A stretch of 64,000 nt of DNA, from positions 3,715,159-3,779,158 of the forward strand of contig NW_019091359.1 in the NCBI RefSeq assembly GCF_001949145.1, written 5' to 3'. The notes below the pieces were generated by a model. The model saw nothing but the letters and a program-made list of their open reading frames with translations, made no database searches and had not been told where the DNA came from. The translations under genes were made by a program, and so were the position numbers. The DNA comes from Acanthaster planci. Lineage: Eukaryota. Positions 35,601 to 49,200 of the stretch are shown in pieces. Numbering within the stretch: the stretch's first letter is position 1; every line of letters starts with the position of its first letter.

Positions 35601-38600
35601 TACCACTGTACGTTGTTTTCAGCAGAGGTTTGTTAACCATTGACAGTTTCCATTAGGTAAACCAACTTACTTGAAATATGAAAAGACACATTTCTTTGGA
35701 TTTTCAGCGAGAAGATGTATCGGCCATCCCTCAAGAAATTTCAGATTTCTGAGGAAGAAAAAGGTAAAACAGTAAGTTGCTAAGATGGCACTGATGGTGA
35801 CTGATGAAACTAGCATTCGTCATCATCCAAGCTTCAGTTGTGTACTTAATCACAATTACTGTCGACGAACTTTTGGGAAAGAGAGAATCTGACTGAAATG
35901 GCTGTGACTCAAGGGTTGAAGTTGGACTGTCACCGTGGATGAACGAAATTAGGACACACTTTTGGGCGAAAATAAACACATACTCATATTTCTGAAAATA
36001 TAAAGGAATTTAGGATATTTTAGTGGTCACTGAAAGTTGAAATTCATAACACAGCAGTCTTTGCTTATCAAATTCATGTGCAAATGCTAAATTTGGATTA
36101 CTAAAATTTCCACAGTATCTTATCTTATTTTTCAGATGTCATCATCCTTTATCTCATCAATATTCTGTTTTCAGGATGTCGTCATCCTGTTAAGATTATC
36201 GTATAAAAGACGTTTTCATCCCATGATCAATTTAATCAGGATGTCGATATCTTGCCCGTAATATGACATCATCCTGTATGAGATAAAATATGTTAGAATT
36301 CCAACAGGTCGGACGGCACTTCCACAGCTTTCTATCTCGGATGGCACTTCCAGTAATTTTCTAGTGCAGCATCAATGATAATAATGATCATAGTATGTAT
36401 GCTTCAAGTTTTGAAAATCCTACTTTACCGAACAAAGTCACTTTGGTTGGGGTCCAGAAGCGTTTGAAGCCCGCCAGCCATGAAAATTCTTGTGTAATCC
36501 TATTGAGAAATACATAATACTTGTGTTTATTTTATATACAGATACAGCTGTACAGGTATACTTTACATCCTTGAGCGGGTGATGGCGCCCTGTATTTTAC
36601 CTCGCTTCACGGCTCGCAGTTTTATTCGTGGTTTATTATACTGGAGCATCATGAACATCCGACAAAGCAGCACGGACAAAATTGTGGCTACAAACTTGAA
36701 GGAATGTGTGAACTACCAATTTAACGGCCACAGTGACCTCATTGAAACTTAAATATTAGAAATAATAACAAAGTGACTAATGACTTCACTACAAAGCGTA
36801 AAGGAAAGACGTGTCACCATGTTCTAATAGCAACAGGTGAATACGCAAAACGCGCATGCTTAATGTTTCGCGTGCGTGCTGATAAAAACGATGATATTTA
36901 AAAGTTCCTCGACCAATAACGGTGACAGAAAAGTTCGGATTCTTTTTTGTTTTCATTTTATCTTATGTTGTGAAAAATACGTGAAATTATAAAGTGTTTA
37001 TACGGTAGATATAGGTATGCACAAAAAAACAACAGTCAAAGATATCATTTAGTAAATCAGATCAAGAAAATTTATTTTGTTACATTTTTACCTGTAATTC
37101 ATGATTGTGATTTTTTGATCACTAAACTTAACGCTTAATCACTAAACGTTTAGTTTAACTAAACTAAGTTAACGTTTAAATTTGATATCAACATTTTGAA
37201 AATTTATTTGTTGAAAATTTTGAAAGTACAGTGTAAAGACTAATTTAAGCAGAATCCATTTCTGCTGGACCACCCGACTCACGGGTTGAGCGCGCTCACG
37301 CTTTGGCTATCGCGAAACCCTATTGGTTGAAAAGAAATATAAGGTGCGCGCACTGCCTGTTTGTGGACATGATGACCCACAAAAATGACTTCTTATTCTG
37401 GTCGCCGGTTGATTCCATGTATTTTAGCACGTAAATGTTGCCTTATTACACGTTCTTACTAAATTCCTGACTACACTTTGTCTAAAAGGCCTTCCAATAA
37501 AAATTGGTTTTGACTCAATATTCAAGGGGTATTTTTCTGTGGAATGTGGATTTTAGTAAGCTTTTAGAGGCTTTTGGTATGGTTGCATGAACTTGAATGA
37601 TGATAGAAATTTTTCGGTTTGGCACCCATTTCTTGACTCAGATAATTTTATTCTTGTTTCGATCGCAAGCCATACCATGTAAACATTAAAATACATTTCG
37701 TTTCTGAATTTAGAATTTCACAAGTATCCTAAAAATAAAACAGATTTGTGAAAACGTCTGTCGGTGTTTGTACTACCTGTAATGGTACATTTTCATGACT
37801 GCCCTTTCGCTTGGGGACCAGGGTGTATTTTCCTACATTTAACATACGACGGTAATATTTTTGAATGACAGGCAACCTTTAGATCAACGACACCATTTTC
37901 TTCAACGGCTTTTTTCAACTCTTTACGAAAGAAACGTAAATTATTCCCCCCCCCCCCAACGAGCTGTAAAAAGAGTTCATACACACACGAAAGTAGGCCT
38001 TTTACAACTTCGGGCCAACCGTTTTTTTATTTTAATTATTCAGTGCGAGCTTGAAGATATTAGCTCACAGCCGAGTTGGGCCTTGATTGGATACCTGCCA
38101 AAATTATTATTAGACCAATGCAAACACGTGACCTATCCTTTCATTGTGCACACGCTCTGCCTAGTCTTATTTTGGAGTGTCATCTCTGATTAGGATATCT
38201 GTTTGTCATTACTTCACAGATGTAAAATGAAACTATTTTCATAGTCATTGACCACTCGCAGGGAAAGTTTCAGAAATCGTAATGCATTCAACTTTGTCGA
38301 AGGGCGATTCCCAATTGACATGCTACAAAGAAACTATTAACATGACATAAAACGAGGTGATGCCATTTGCTAACAAAGAGAGTTCATTTGCTCTTTTAAG
38401 TTTATAGGACGAGCATTTTAAGGTTCAAAATTTTACTGTGAACTTTGCAATCCCGTCTGCCAATGGACGTTCCCACTTGCTGCCATTAGATTTAACTTCC
38501 GTTCTTATTCCACGGATGATATTCTAAAAGCCAGGACACGTGTAGACACAGCGTTAACATTCGTTTAACGGCATGTTTCAATTTCAACCGGAGTAAAAAT

Positions 38601-41600
38601 GTAGATGAAAGTTTGCACAGGAAATTGATTTTGTCAAAGAGGCCCTTAGCCGACATGTTGAAACTGGTAGGGATCGACAAATAACGGCTGGCAAAATACA
38701 AATCAATGCAAGGTGCCGTATTGACACTTAAGATGTTTGTTTTGTTGGTTTGATCAACCAGGAAGGCAGGCTAGAGAACCCTCGAAAGACAGATTCACTC
38801 CAAGTTGTCAATTTGACCACAGCTGGCACAGCAATTTGAGGAATTTTATTTTTGAAGCATATTATTACAGCCATTTTACGTGTCGCCAAAACAAGCACAA
38901 AGGCATGTCAAGACAGCCTTGCCATGGTCCAAGAGACTGATGAGTTACTGCAGCCTGAAGGAAATAACTTCTCATGTTATCATGTTGAATCTTTATCTTG
39001 GCGTAATATCAAGGTTTACTCACAGCATCGGCAATGCACAGCAGCTCGACTTTGTCTCTGCTTATGACTGTGGATTTCCTCCGCTCTCGATTCACCAAAC
39101 CTAACTCCTGCAGGACCACATTCATCATTATTAGTACAGAAACATTGAATAAACCATCTGTTTGCCAATATTCTTCGCTTTGACGAGCAGCTCATCTCAA
39201 ATGTTATTGTAGCGCAGGCATTTAAAAGAGCGCATCTAACGTGGTTTGCACCATATATAGAGGGTTTCCACAGTAGTCATCTTAAAGGGCAGCAGTTCTC
39301 TTTGTTCCACAGGGAAACCTCCGTTGTGCATACCCTGTGGAACAAAAGCACTGTCCTGCAAGATGGCAGCCATGAAACCGTCTATAGGTCACCTTCAAGC
39401 GACGACCTCTTATCGACCACTGGTTAGTTTTTCCTGTTCACAAAATATTTCCTGGGCACCAAGCGAAAATATTCAGTTGTTGACAAATGCTCGTTGCTCT
39501 AAATTGCCAATACATGCAATGTGAACACATTTCTTTACCATCGATGCATTGGCCTTAGCTCATTTTATCACTCAAACTATAATCGATTGCTTTCAACTTA
39601 CCCCAAATGTCTCTCCTCTGTTGAGATAGACCACCGTTCGTGGGTTGTCGCTTCCTTCTTCAAGAACCCGCACAATTACTTAGAACAAAAAAGAGATGGG
39701 GAATCGGGATAAAAATAATACTTGTAGTTTAGTTGCTCTCCAGTGTCAACCTACGTAATGTATGAAAGATGAGTTCGATATCAATTTACGATGTTTCTTA
39801 AACACTTGTTGCACTATACACAAATAAAAGATCAATTTATAAACACAGATTGATACATGAACGTTATCAATTGTAATGTCAAACCACTTTGTGAAAATAA
39901 ACTTCTTGACAAAATATGGGGGAAATTATTTCACGTCCGAAGTGTTGAAGAACAAAACACAGTACCCGTCGTTTAGTACCAAAATAAATACAAATTACTT
40001 ATTTCAAAACACTCTTTTACACTGTCATAGTTAAAATCTATATTCAAGCCTACAGTACTATGCTAATGCAATTATAGTAGCGGGAAATGGTTCGTGACTC
40101 AAGACTTATTTGTACGGAAACAATCTTCATTATACGAAGTGACGAACATCTGCAGACAGCAAGTGGATCTTTCCTTGATTAAAGATTAGAATGTTAGTAT
40201 CTGCTTTCGAGTGGTTATAAGTGCAATTACAAACTGCCAGTTGAAGTCTCGGGTTACTCATATCATGCTGTTAACATTAAGAGACTAAGTGGCTATTTAA
40301 CAATGTCAGTTTGTTTATCTGGGACAAAAGGATTCAGACCTCCTTTTTCGTGTTACAAAACGATGCCGATGAAGTTGAAAAGATTACCATGCAAATTACC
40401 TTTTCTGACATAGTTAACCGCCGATTCCTGCCTTAATTGCATTAAATCTATCTTCATTACGCAGTGACAAAGATTATAAAGGTGGCAAGTGCTTCATTTT
40501 TTGATTGAAGTGTAACGAATGTTGGTTTTTGAAGAGACACAATTTTTCAAGAGGGAAGGATGTACCAGGAGATAATAAGCGGACTCGTTTTATCATTTGT
40601 GTCTTTTGAGTGGCTACAAATTCGATAATAAACTGCCCATTGGTTGTCTGTTTTATTTGTTGATAGTTGCTTAAAGTGTGCTGTAATCATTAAGTGATCA
40701 TTTGACAATATCAGTTGGTTTGTCCGAAAAAAAATGGATTTAGACCAGTATTTTGTATTACAGTATAAAAGAATTACACATGACTGCCTTTGCTTCACAA
40801 CAGTTAATGGCATCGATAGTTTCTAGGGTTACTTTTGAATTGTCTTATCTCAGAGAGGTAGCAATCTATTACATACCTCTTTCAATCTATTCATCACTAC
40901 AAATGTAATCAAACATGTTGGTTTATGTTCAACTGTTGGTAATGATTTCACGTTTCATATCTTTATTTTCTATAGGATTTTATAAAATTGTTGAAATGTT
41001 TCCTATGAACAGGTAAGCATACTCCATGTTCATCTGATCATGACAAACGGTGAATAAATGACCTGCTTTTATTTACGACTACTGTTGTATAGATTCATAA
41101 CTACCTGTTGACTCCACCTTGTTCAAGTCTTGTTCATACCTGAGCCTGTCATGATGAAATAGAAGTTAAGAGGCCTGTGTCCTTGTCTTAAGATAACCCT
41201 CTGAGCTTGGTACTTTTCATACCATCCAACCTTGACAATCTCTTGCTGCATCACAAGTGGAAACTCGGCAAAGGTTGGAAAGTTTCGCAAAGCAATCAGA
41301 GTCTGAAAAATCCATGCAATGATAGGAGCATTAACTCCAAACATGACGTCCACATGAAAGTCAGATTAATACTTCTTCATGGCCAGCCTACAACATACTA
41401 CAATAAAAAAGTGTTAAGACATTCGTTGTTTGTTCCCCATTTTTTATTGTAGACGCAGGGTTCACAGAAATTCTTCACCAGCCTTAGTGAGGCCAATAGA
41501 ACTAAGATTAAGACTAAACTAAAACATTAACTAAACCTTTCTATATTGGGAGCTGTGAAAGCGCGAAGGTGAACTCGTAAATAAATCAAGTCTGGAGACA

Positions 41601-44156
41601 TCATTATAATGGTTTACTATAGCGCTTTGGAAGCGTCGATATATGTCACGATCACCAGCACTGTTGAACACATATTCTTCAAAACTAACAGAAAAATTTC
41701 TTCTTACACGATACTTGTCTTTCTCTGTCCTTTGATTAAACGGTGAACTCAAAATCTTCCTGCATTCTGCGGATATTCCGGCCTTAACAATGAATGGAAA
41801 AGTAAGACTAAATGTATAGAACACAAAGCAAGCACAATGTTTAATACAGGCCCTTTATAATAAGATCTTTTTGTTTCATCTGGGTCCTTTACTGCTATTT
41901 GATGGAGTTATATCGCCTCCTGGAAATAACTCTCTTTTGACACCTACCATCTACCTGGAGTCTTCCTCATATTCTCTAAATACATTATTTTTGCATGTAA
42001 AATTTCATTTCATACTCCCCTGATACAACCAAATAAATGTTGTTCTATTATAAAGACGATTTTTTTTTCGTCAGGACATTTTACCTGTTTGTGTGCCTTG
42101 AAGTACCTAACATCAAACATCAATTCTTCCTCTTCTCCATCCTTGAAGTATTTGCCTCGATGAGAATGACCACTGTCGTCCACACTTCCAAGAAAAAGTC
42201 AAAACGACGAAAAATGATGAATAATTTCCGTGAACACAATGATCTTAACAAACGCTTCAACGGCAACAACGCCGGAAAACCCTGAATCTTGTCCATACTA
42301 CTCACCTGGATAGCAAGTTTTGAAACTGCCTGTCTTTTACAAAATCTTGACAGACCCAGAACCGAATTTATAATCTTAAAATTGTGATGCGAAAAATTTG
42401 GACACTTTGGAATGATGTTTCAAACCAAAGACGAAAAAACTGACCTTTGGGTGAGGTCTGTATAATGACCATTCTGTTTATTCAATTCCAGCATCGTGGT
42501 TGAACACTATTACATTTTACTAAGTATTTTCCTTGTCTCTATAAATGTCTTTCTGTCGTCTTCTGGGCTTCTTTAAGTAACTTCTAACGATGAAAATCGC
42601 TTTGACTTTAATTAACACAGTCATCATGAAGTACCTTCAAATTACATAATCACGTTAACTATTACCTCAGAAAATGATTTTTGCACAGCCTGCTTATAAA
42701 GATGATTAGACGAGAATAACTCTTGAACTTGAGGAGTAGCTTCTTCTGTAAAATCCAAGAATCAGGCAAAAATATAATAGCTGGGTGGACCAGTTTTCAC
42801 GAACAAATACGCATAAGTCCAGAGACAATTTTATTTTCAGGCAAAGAAACCTTTGTTGATTTCTCAAATACGAATGATTTGGTTAAATATTACTATATTC
42901 CACAAGTTGGTTCGTGTCAAATATTTTTCAATATTTCTATTTCTTTATTATGTGTTAGCTCGTGAAAACTAAAATTTTTTTAATCACACGTTAGTGTGCG
43001 AAGTGCGCGCATATATTTTCGTGTCAGTTCGTGAAACAGCAATATTGTTCATTGAAAAGTTGCACCAAATGTATCAAACCTGGACTTGTGTGAGGGATTA
43101 TTTCGTGATGTCGGTGATTTATTAGCTCAAGTTGCTAAAAAAATGCTTATGGCTAAAGTGTTTCGAATCCTACAAAAAGCAAAATGTTTGAGATTTTGGG
43201 GGATTATGACACAGTAATTTCCACAACTTCAGGTGTCCTTAAATTCTTGGCAGCCGGGTTTCTTATCTAAGACAAACAACTCGAGATTAACTACTGGGAA
43301 ATGTATGTCTTTCCACCCGATAGGGATCCATGTGCGATTTGGAGTAATACCATTATCAGTTATAGAGTGTGTAGGTTTAGATCGCTTTACCATGCATGCT
43401 CAATTTTTGTTTACAGTTGTGCTAATAAAGGCTCAATCTCTGTGTGGTCTTAAATAGACCAGCTACTAAAAAAAAAGATTTTCTGTTTGAAACTTATCAA
43501 GCTTTTACACTGTAAGCTTCGAAAATTGAAAGAACAAAGTGATTAGTTGTAGGCCTAGATAAAAGGTGACCTACTCGTCGAAGTTTCCTGGCTTGCTGAA
43601 GTCGATTTCTGAATGTATTTCCAACGTTGCCAGCTGTTAGTAAGCCTCCCCTGGTTTCCAAACCTGTGTGGTGAGATTCGACCCCTTCCTGGTGTAACGG
43701 ACCGCCCCTTCCACTGTAGGATGAGGCTCGTCGGCCGCTTCGCATGCCTATAGAACCTCTTGGTTCTGATTCACTTGTCCTATCTTCAAGAATGTCCGGT
43801 ACTGAAGGATTTTTCCTCTTGCAAGTTCTTTTCTCTAACGGAGCCACGTCTTCTACAAAGACTTGAAGACTTCCCCTCCGTGCACGACAACGGGTTCCTT
43901 TAACGTTATTGCCCCCGAATCGAGGGTCACTTTTCCGGCGGTCGTTGAATGCTTGACGCTCTCGGTGACGGGATTTGAACCTCTCGGATACAGTGCCGTT
44001 GGAGGTCAATAAGCGCAGCGAAGCTAGCATGCTATCACGACGGGACCGTGGCTCAAATCGGTCCAGACTCATAGTAGAGTTGGTAGATGTTAAGTCCCTG
44101 TTCTGATGTTGCTGCGTAAGGGTAGAGGTGACGTCCGATATTGACAACGAAGCCAT
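32626..44156 (-). CDS. CNBD2-like paralog B. Approximate exons: 44156-43575, 42745-42666, 42184-42085, 41782-41708, 41302-41140, 39678-39602, 39107-39024, 36499-36429, 35748-35671, 35133-35073, 34941-34866, 34551-~34260, ~33979-33740, 33627-33538, 33364-33305, 33106-32972, 32757-32626
   Basis: Spliced peptides LMFDVRYFKAHKQ, RVILRQGHRPLNFYFIMTGS, LNRGETFG|ELGLVNRERRKSTVISRDKVELL, GWPIHLL, SDWILMVKS|GSCSVMK, VVSNGAECILMSKKFY and SYPDDQELQRKL are collinear with paralog A. Confidence 0.87.
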
Positions 44157-46232
44157 TATGCCCTACGACTAAAGATTTGACATGGCTGCCACCCATGAGT
44201 TGGACAAAATGTAATAATGATGCGTCTTTGTGGGGTTTTGTTTCTCGCGCCGTTGTGAAATGATATCCGTTTTGGTTGCCAAGTTATACACACTTTATAC
44301 ACAGTGTACACAAAAGTACTTCAATCTAACAACACACCAGTCAGCGGTTCCCTTGACGGATCCATCCCAGTCAACTCAGGGCTGTATAAACACAGAATGT
44401 TGTTCTGAAGATTTCTTCGCTGGCTGTCCAGCGCAATTACCCTAGGGAAGTGTTTACGTAGGTAAGGGGAGGACAATAAGAGCGACGGAATGCATCCTGG
44501 GAGTGAAGAGAAAGTGGGTGAGGGGATTGTCGAGTGACCTCAGACAACAACTACAATTTCAACCACTGTGAAACCAGAGTACCTCTCCAAAGGACGTTGG
44601 AGCTCTGGCAACAATAGTCCTAAACTAAATGACAAAGATGTTTGTACATACTGTAGTAATTATTAAAGTGTGTTCAGAAAAGCTAGGGTAGTAGGTTACA
44701 TTCATCGAATCACCCAATGGTAGGGCCTACTGGTATTTTAGGGTTATGGCGAAGTCCCCCCCCCCCTCAAAAAATTGAGGGCAAACAACACTGGGAAACA
44801 ATCCCTGAGATTAGGTGGCGTCCAGGACAAAAACACATCGAATTTCAAAAAGTATGTGATTGTTATGTACAACAATAAATACATGACTGGGAAATGGGAA
44901 TCAAGGGGGATTTTGACAGGAAGCTTGAATCCGTTCGACTTGAAGTATGGTACATGTATATGAGTGACGCATATTTAACGCGATTGGCATAGTACAAAAC
45001 ATGAAATCAGTGTTTAAAAGGCACACGAATTGCAAATTTCGTCTTTCAGCAAATGTGCTGTTAATTCTAAAGGACGAAAATCACAGTTTCAAACTTGGAC
45101 TTCAACTTGGAGTTTGAGTTTTCTGGAATGATTTTAAAATGTCAGATCGCTCCATAAGTTCCATACAGTATGCAAAATTTGTCTCAAAAATCGATGTTAT
45201 TTCTTATAGACACCTGAATTCAATTCAACTATTTATCCCAACGGGGAAATTTCATGTGACCTTTGAACAAGTTATGTACTACAGACGTCAGGGAGAAAGT
45301 GTCTGTCCCGTAATCAAGTTTATCCTGACCTGTCGTCTTTGTTGAATTCTTCAGTGACAATAGGTCTTTTTCTTTGACAATGAATTTTACGGTGCATTTT
45401 ATTGTGGAGCGCATCCATCGCTTCCAGACGCTGCAAATGCAATTACACGTACCGTGTAAAAGCCTGTATAACAATCTCTTAAATGTTTGAATGCCAGTAA
45501 AAACTGTTTTATAAATGCTTTCCTCAGCCAAAACTGGGCATCTTCACAAATTATATAAAATTGTCTTTACACTCGTAGACCTACAATATTGCCAGGATGC
45601 CATGTAATCGAGATGTAATTTAGTTTAAGGAACCGATTTTTTTTAATGGTGGCTGAAGTTTGTTAGATACATTAATGTCAAGCTTTAAAAAACTGCTTTC
45701 GGATTGCATGAATTATATATAATGCTTCGTGAACTATGGCAACCCCCCTTTTAAAAAAATGGAGAGCTGTGAAATAGACACAGTTTTAAAACCTTCGTAT
45801 GGTTTCCAGAGGCCAAGAAAAAAATCTTGCTTCAAATTGTTATTTTGAGCCACCGTGGATTTTACATGCACGTCTTGTGCAAATCAGGAAATCAGGAAAT
45901 TAAATTTATGGTCTTCAGTTTGTCACAGCTTACAAAATTCCCCTCTTGTGCATGCCGTTCACATCTTTAGTTTATGCAACATTCTCAGCAAACATGATAT
46001 TATAACTGTTTTAAAATCCATTCATACTGTTGCAAAGTCAACCCCTTCCCCACAATTCAGCTGGTTTTCTGCCAGCATCTGCCCGTAAGCTTGGATTCAT
46101 CCGAGCACCAGTCACTTTACATGATTTGTGAGTTAAGAAGTCAAGTTGTGACCGAACAAGGTGCGTTTCCACTAAGCAGCGTCACGCGGCATGCAGTGCA
46201 CTGTGCAAATTCCCTGCGGAAAGACGTCTTAA

Positions 46233-46240
46233 TATAAATA
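46233..46240 (+). promoter_or_regulatory. TATA box of the SOD gene
   Basis: TATAAATA about 40 bp upstream of the signal-peptide ATG at 46272. Confidence 0.5.
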
Positions 46241-46271
46241 TACCCATCTGCACGGGTACAGCGTTTTCAGC

Positions 46272-49200
46272 ATGGCTGGTCGAAATGTAGCTGAGATTAC
46301 TGTGTTTCTCATTGCATTGCTCTCGTGCGGATTTACACGTAAGTAAGAAGTGGTTTCTGTACCTCTAGAGGACCATCAGTAAAATTTCTTCAACTGTACC
46401 GTCAGTTACTTTCTCTGCAATATGCCGCCAAGCCCTGCCCTAGGTCTTATTTTGATGTTTACACAAGGAACCATTCCATGTGCACGTCTCAAGACTCAGT
46501 CGCATACATGGATATGATGTCAAGTAGTTGTAAATGCAAAAGTAGTATGAATGTACTCATAAATTTTCGTATGTAGAATGATTATTGCCTGTTTTTATGT
46601 GAACGTGAGCCAGGAAACAATTATAGCCTAGTTAGGCCTACTAGTCATTATAGCAACGGCTACTCGGTACAGACAACTTAGGACTGTTGAGTGCATGCCA
46701 ATACTGTTCCGTGAAACGTGAACACCGCGTAAGACATGTAGAGCAGAACTCAAGTCTTCTGCTGCAAAAACTAAGCTGCATGAACTGTACTGCGAATAAT
46801 AAAGTGATAAATCCCACCTCGGCAATCCAAAGTGATCGACACGTGAACCATTTTCAGCTGTAGCTCTTTCTGTTGTTTTAAGTGATGTGAAGAGATCCAT
46901 TTTTCATGGTACAAAAACAATTAATTACAGCCTATTTTTGTTACAACGTGTGGAGCTCCCGTAGCGTATCACAAATGCATGGTTGCCTATTTTTTTATCG
47001 TTTAACATGAAAAACCGTTTGACATTGAAAAGCCAGGCTTACATCGGATTAATAACAAGGCATGGTCGTGGTACAGTGCTCTAAGTGGGGGAGTAAATCT
47101 GCTAGCATTTTGATAAGGTTACGCAAGAACATTCAGCTTTAATTTCGAACTGGTCAAGTCTGATTCCATGGAATTTACTGAAGATAGTGGGACAGTAGTC
47201 GGCAGTTTCCCGACTTATCGCATTTAAGCCGTGTCTACACACTTACTATTCCTCTGTAAATACCATATGAAACAAAACGAATTACTAAATATGGAGGGCC
47301 TGACGTTTCGATCCTAGCAAAATCTTTCTCAAAGGCAAAAGGGGTTAAAATTGTCTGTCAGTATTGAACATTCTCCTACCCTTTTTTCCAAATAGAATGA
47401 AACTTATTTTATTGGGAAATAAACGAGCGGTATTGGTTCAATGGAATGTAAAATGAAGCAGAATAAATGGCCAGAACCATGTTAATTTCTAGTTGGATAA
47501 AAAGTGGGTATATCCATATACAATTATTCATTCACAGTCGCGAGAGATATTATATTCTTATGGATAAAAATTACGTGGTTTTTAAATGTCACATTTGATT
47601 TCAGTTTACACGCAAATAGTGATTTTTTTGATTAGCGTGAATTCCCGCAGCTTGTTTTTATGAGTTCAACTCGTCACCTCTGACAAGCTTACATGTTCTC
47701 GCCAGATTAGTTGTCACATTTCTGTCTGTTTGTTGGGTGATTACATTTTTGCGTCTTTTATCACTGGTTTCCTACTGTATACATCCAACGCGAACTCTAA
47801 CCTCAAGTCGGTGAAGAGAGTAAAGACGGTGAAATTTAAAGGTGAGTAGGTTGACGCACGTGGGGCCGTTTGATCGTGCCTAACCTACCCGATTTTGATT
47901 TTCCTATTGAAACAATACGCACGAGCTATGATATATAACGGTCGCAATACCGAGATAACCTTGTGTATGTTCATTTTCTGCCAGAGTAGCTCTGGTATGG
48001 GTAATTTGAATCCACTGTTTCATTACTCCTCTATGACAATCACCTGGAGGTATTTTGATCACAGGCCAAACGCCGTTAATAGATTTTAGCGAGTCTGCGG
48101 TTGGTGACTGATGTAAGGTGTGCTGACATCTTTACGCCAATTTTACTGCAAGCTATTTGCTTTAGGGGACTTGGCGATGACAGCTCACCTCGAATTCCAA
48201 TTTACTCCCTGATAGACATATTCAGGTGAAAACTTTAAACGTTTTGCCGAGTCCCATTACTGTCCGCAGTTTATTTGTTTAGGCTACTCTGTGACTGTTG
48301 CAAAAAGATATGCAATGACTTCTGGCATGAATGTGGTCCAAGTTTGGTAGGAGGGGCATTTGATAAACTTCATTTTTTGGGTGTGGCGTTCTCTGGCTTT
48401 CGTACGGTTGCATTTTCACTTCAACAGTCCCCTCCACATTCTACGAGGGGAGGCGGGTTCGAGGACTTTGGGTGGAGGTGTGCTTCATGCCCCTTTGTTT
48501 ATAAACATGACACTCCTTTGAAGGATTAAAAGTCGGGTTGCGGGCTTTGGGCGGGGGTGTGCTCCATGCCCTCTTTGTTTATATACACGTACATGGCAAT
48601 GCCGTGTAGGCTGTATCACCGTATTAGAACTCCATTCTCGCCGAGCTACAGAATGCAAAATTTGAGTGTCATAAAAAGTGAGTGTGTTCTCGCGAATGCA
48701 CGAAATTTAAAAACGTACGCTTGACGATGTTTCCTAGTTATACGAGTTTTATGAGGTTTACAGACTGATCATTGACAGTAATAGTCTACAGCCTTCCAAT
48801 GAAACGGGTGAAGTCCAAACTTGTGTCCTTGCATGAATGAAGTTAATTTTGTTCGTCAGTTGTCTCAACCAACATTAGTCAGCTGGTTTGCAGTCCAAAC
48901 ATCGCCGATTTCGTGAAGGTTGAAGTGACACAATTTTTGGGGCGAGCTTGTTATCATCACACACCTGTCACTTTGACTCACCCAGCAACAGTATATGCCG
49001 GCCCTCGAATAAAATTAGTCATAATTGAAGCATAGGTCTGTGCTCTGTGATAAAGTCTGCACAGTTTCAGAATTCCACAAAATGTCTGTTGACAGTACCG
49101 ATGACTAACGAATGTAGAAAGTTCTTATTAGACCTTTTGTAAGTTCAAGGTTATCTATGTTAGCTGTTTCCTACATGTACTTAAAGGAAAAGTGCACGTG

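Noticed and set aside
38700..39400. Apparent LINE RT remnant on the + strand (QLDFVSAYDC, VPQG)
   Set aside because: The main motif is the antisense reading of a real CNBD2-B exon (39107-39024, ELGLVNRERRKSTVIS); the remaining similarity is too weak.
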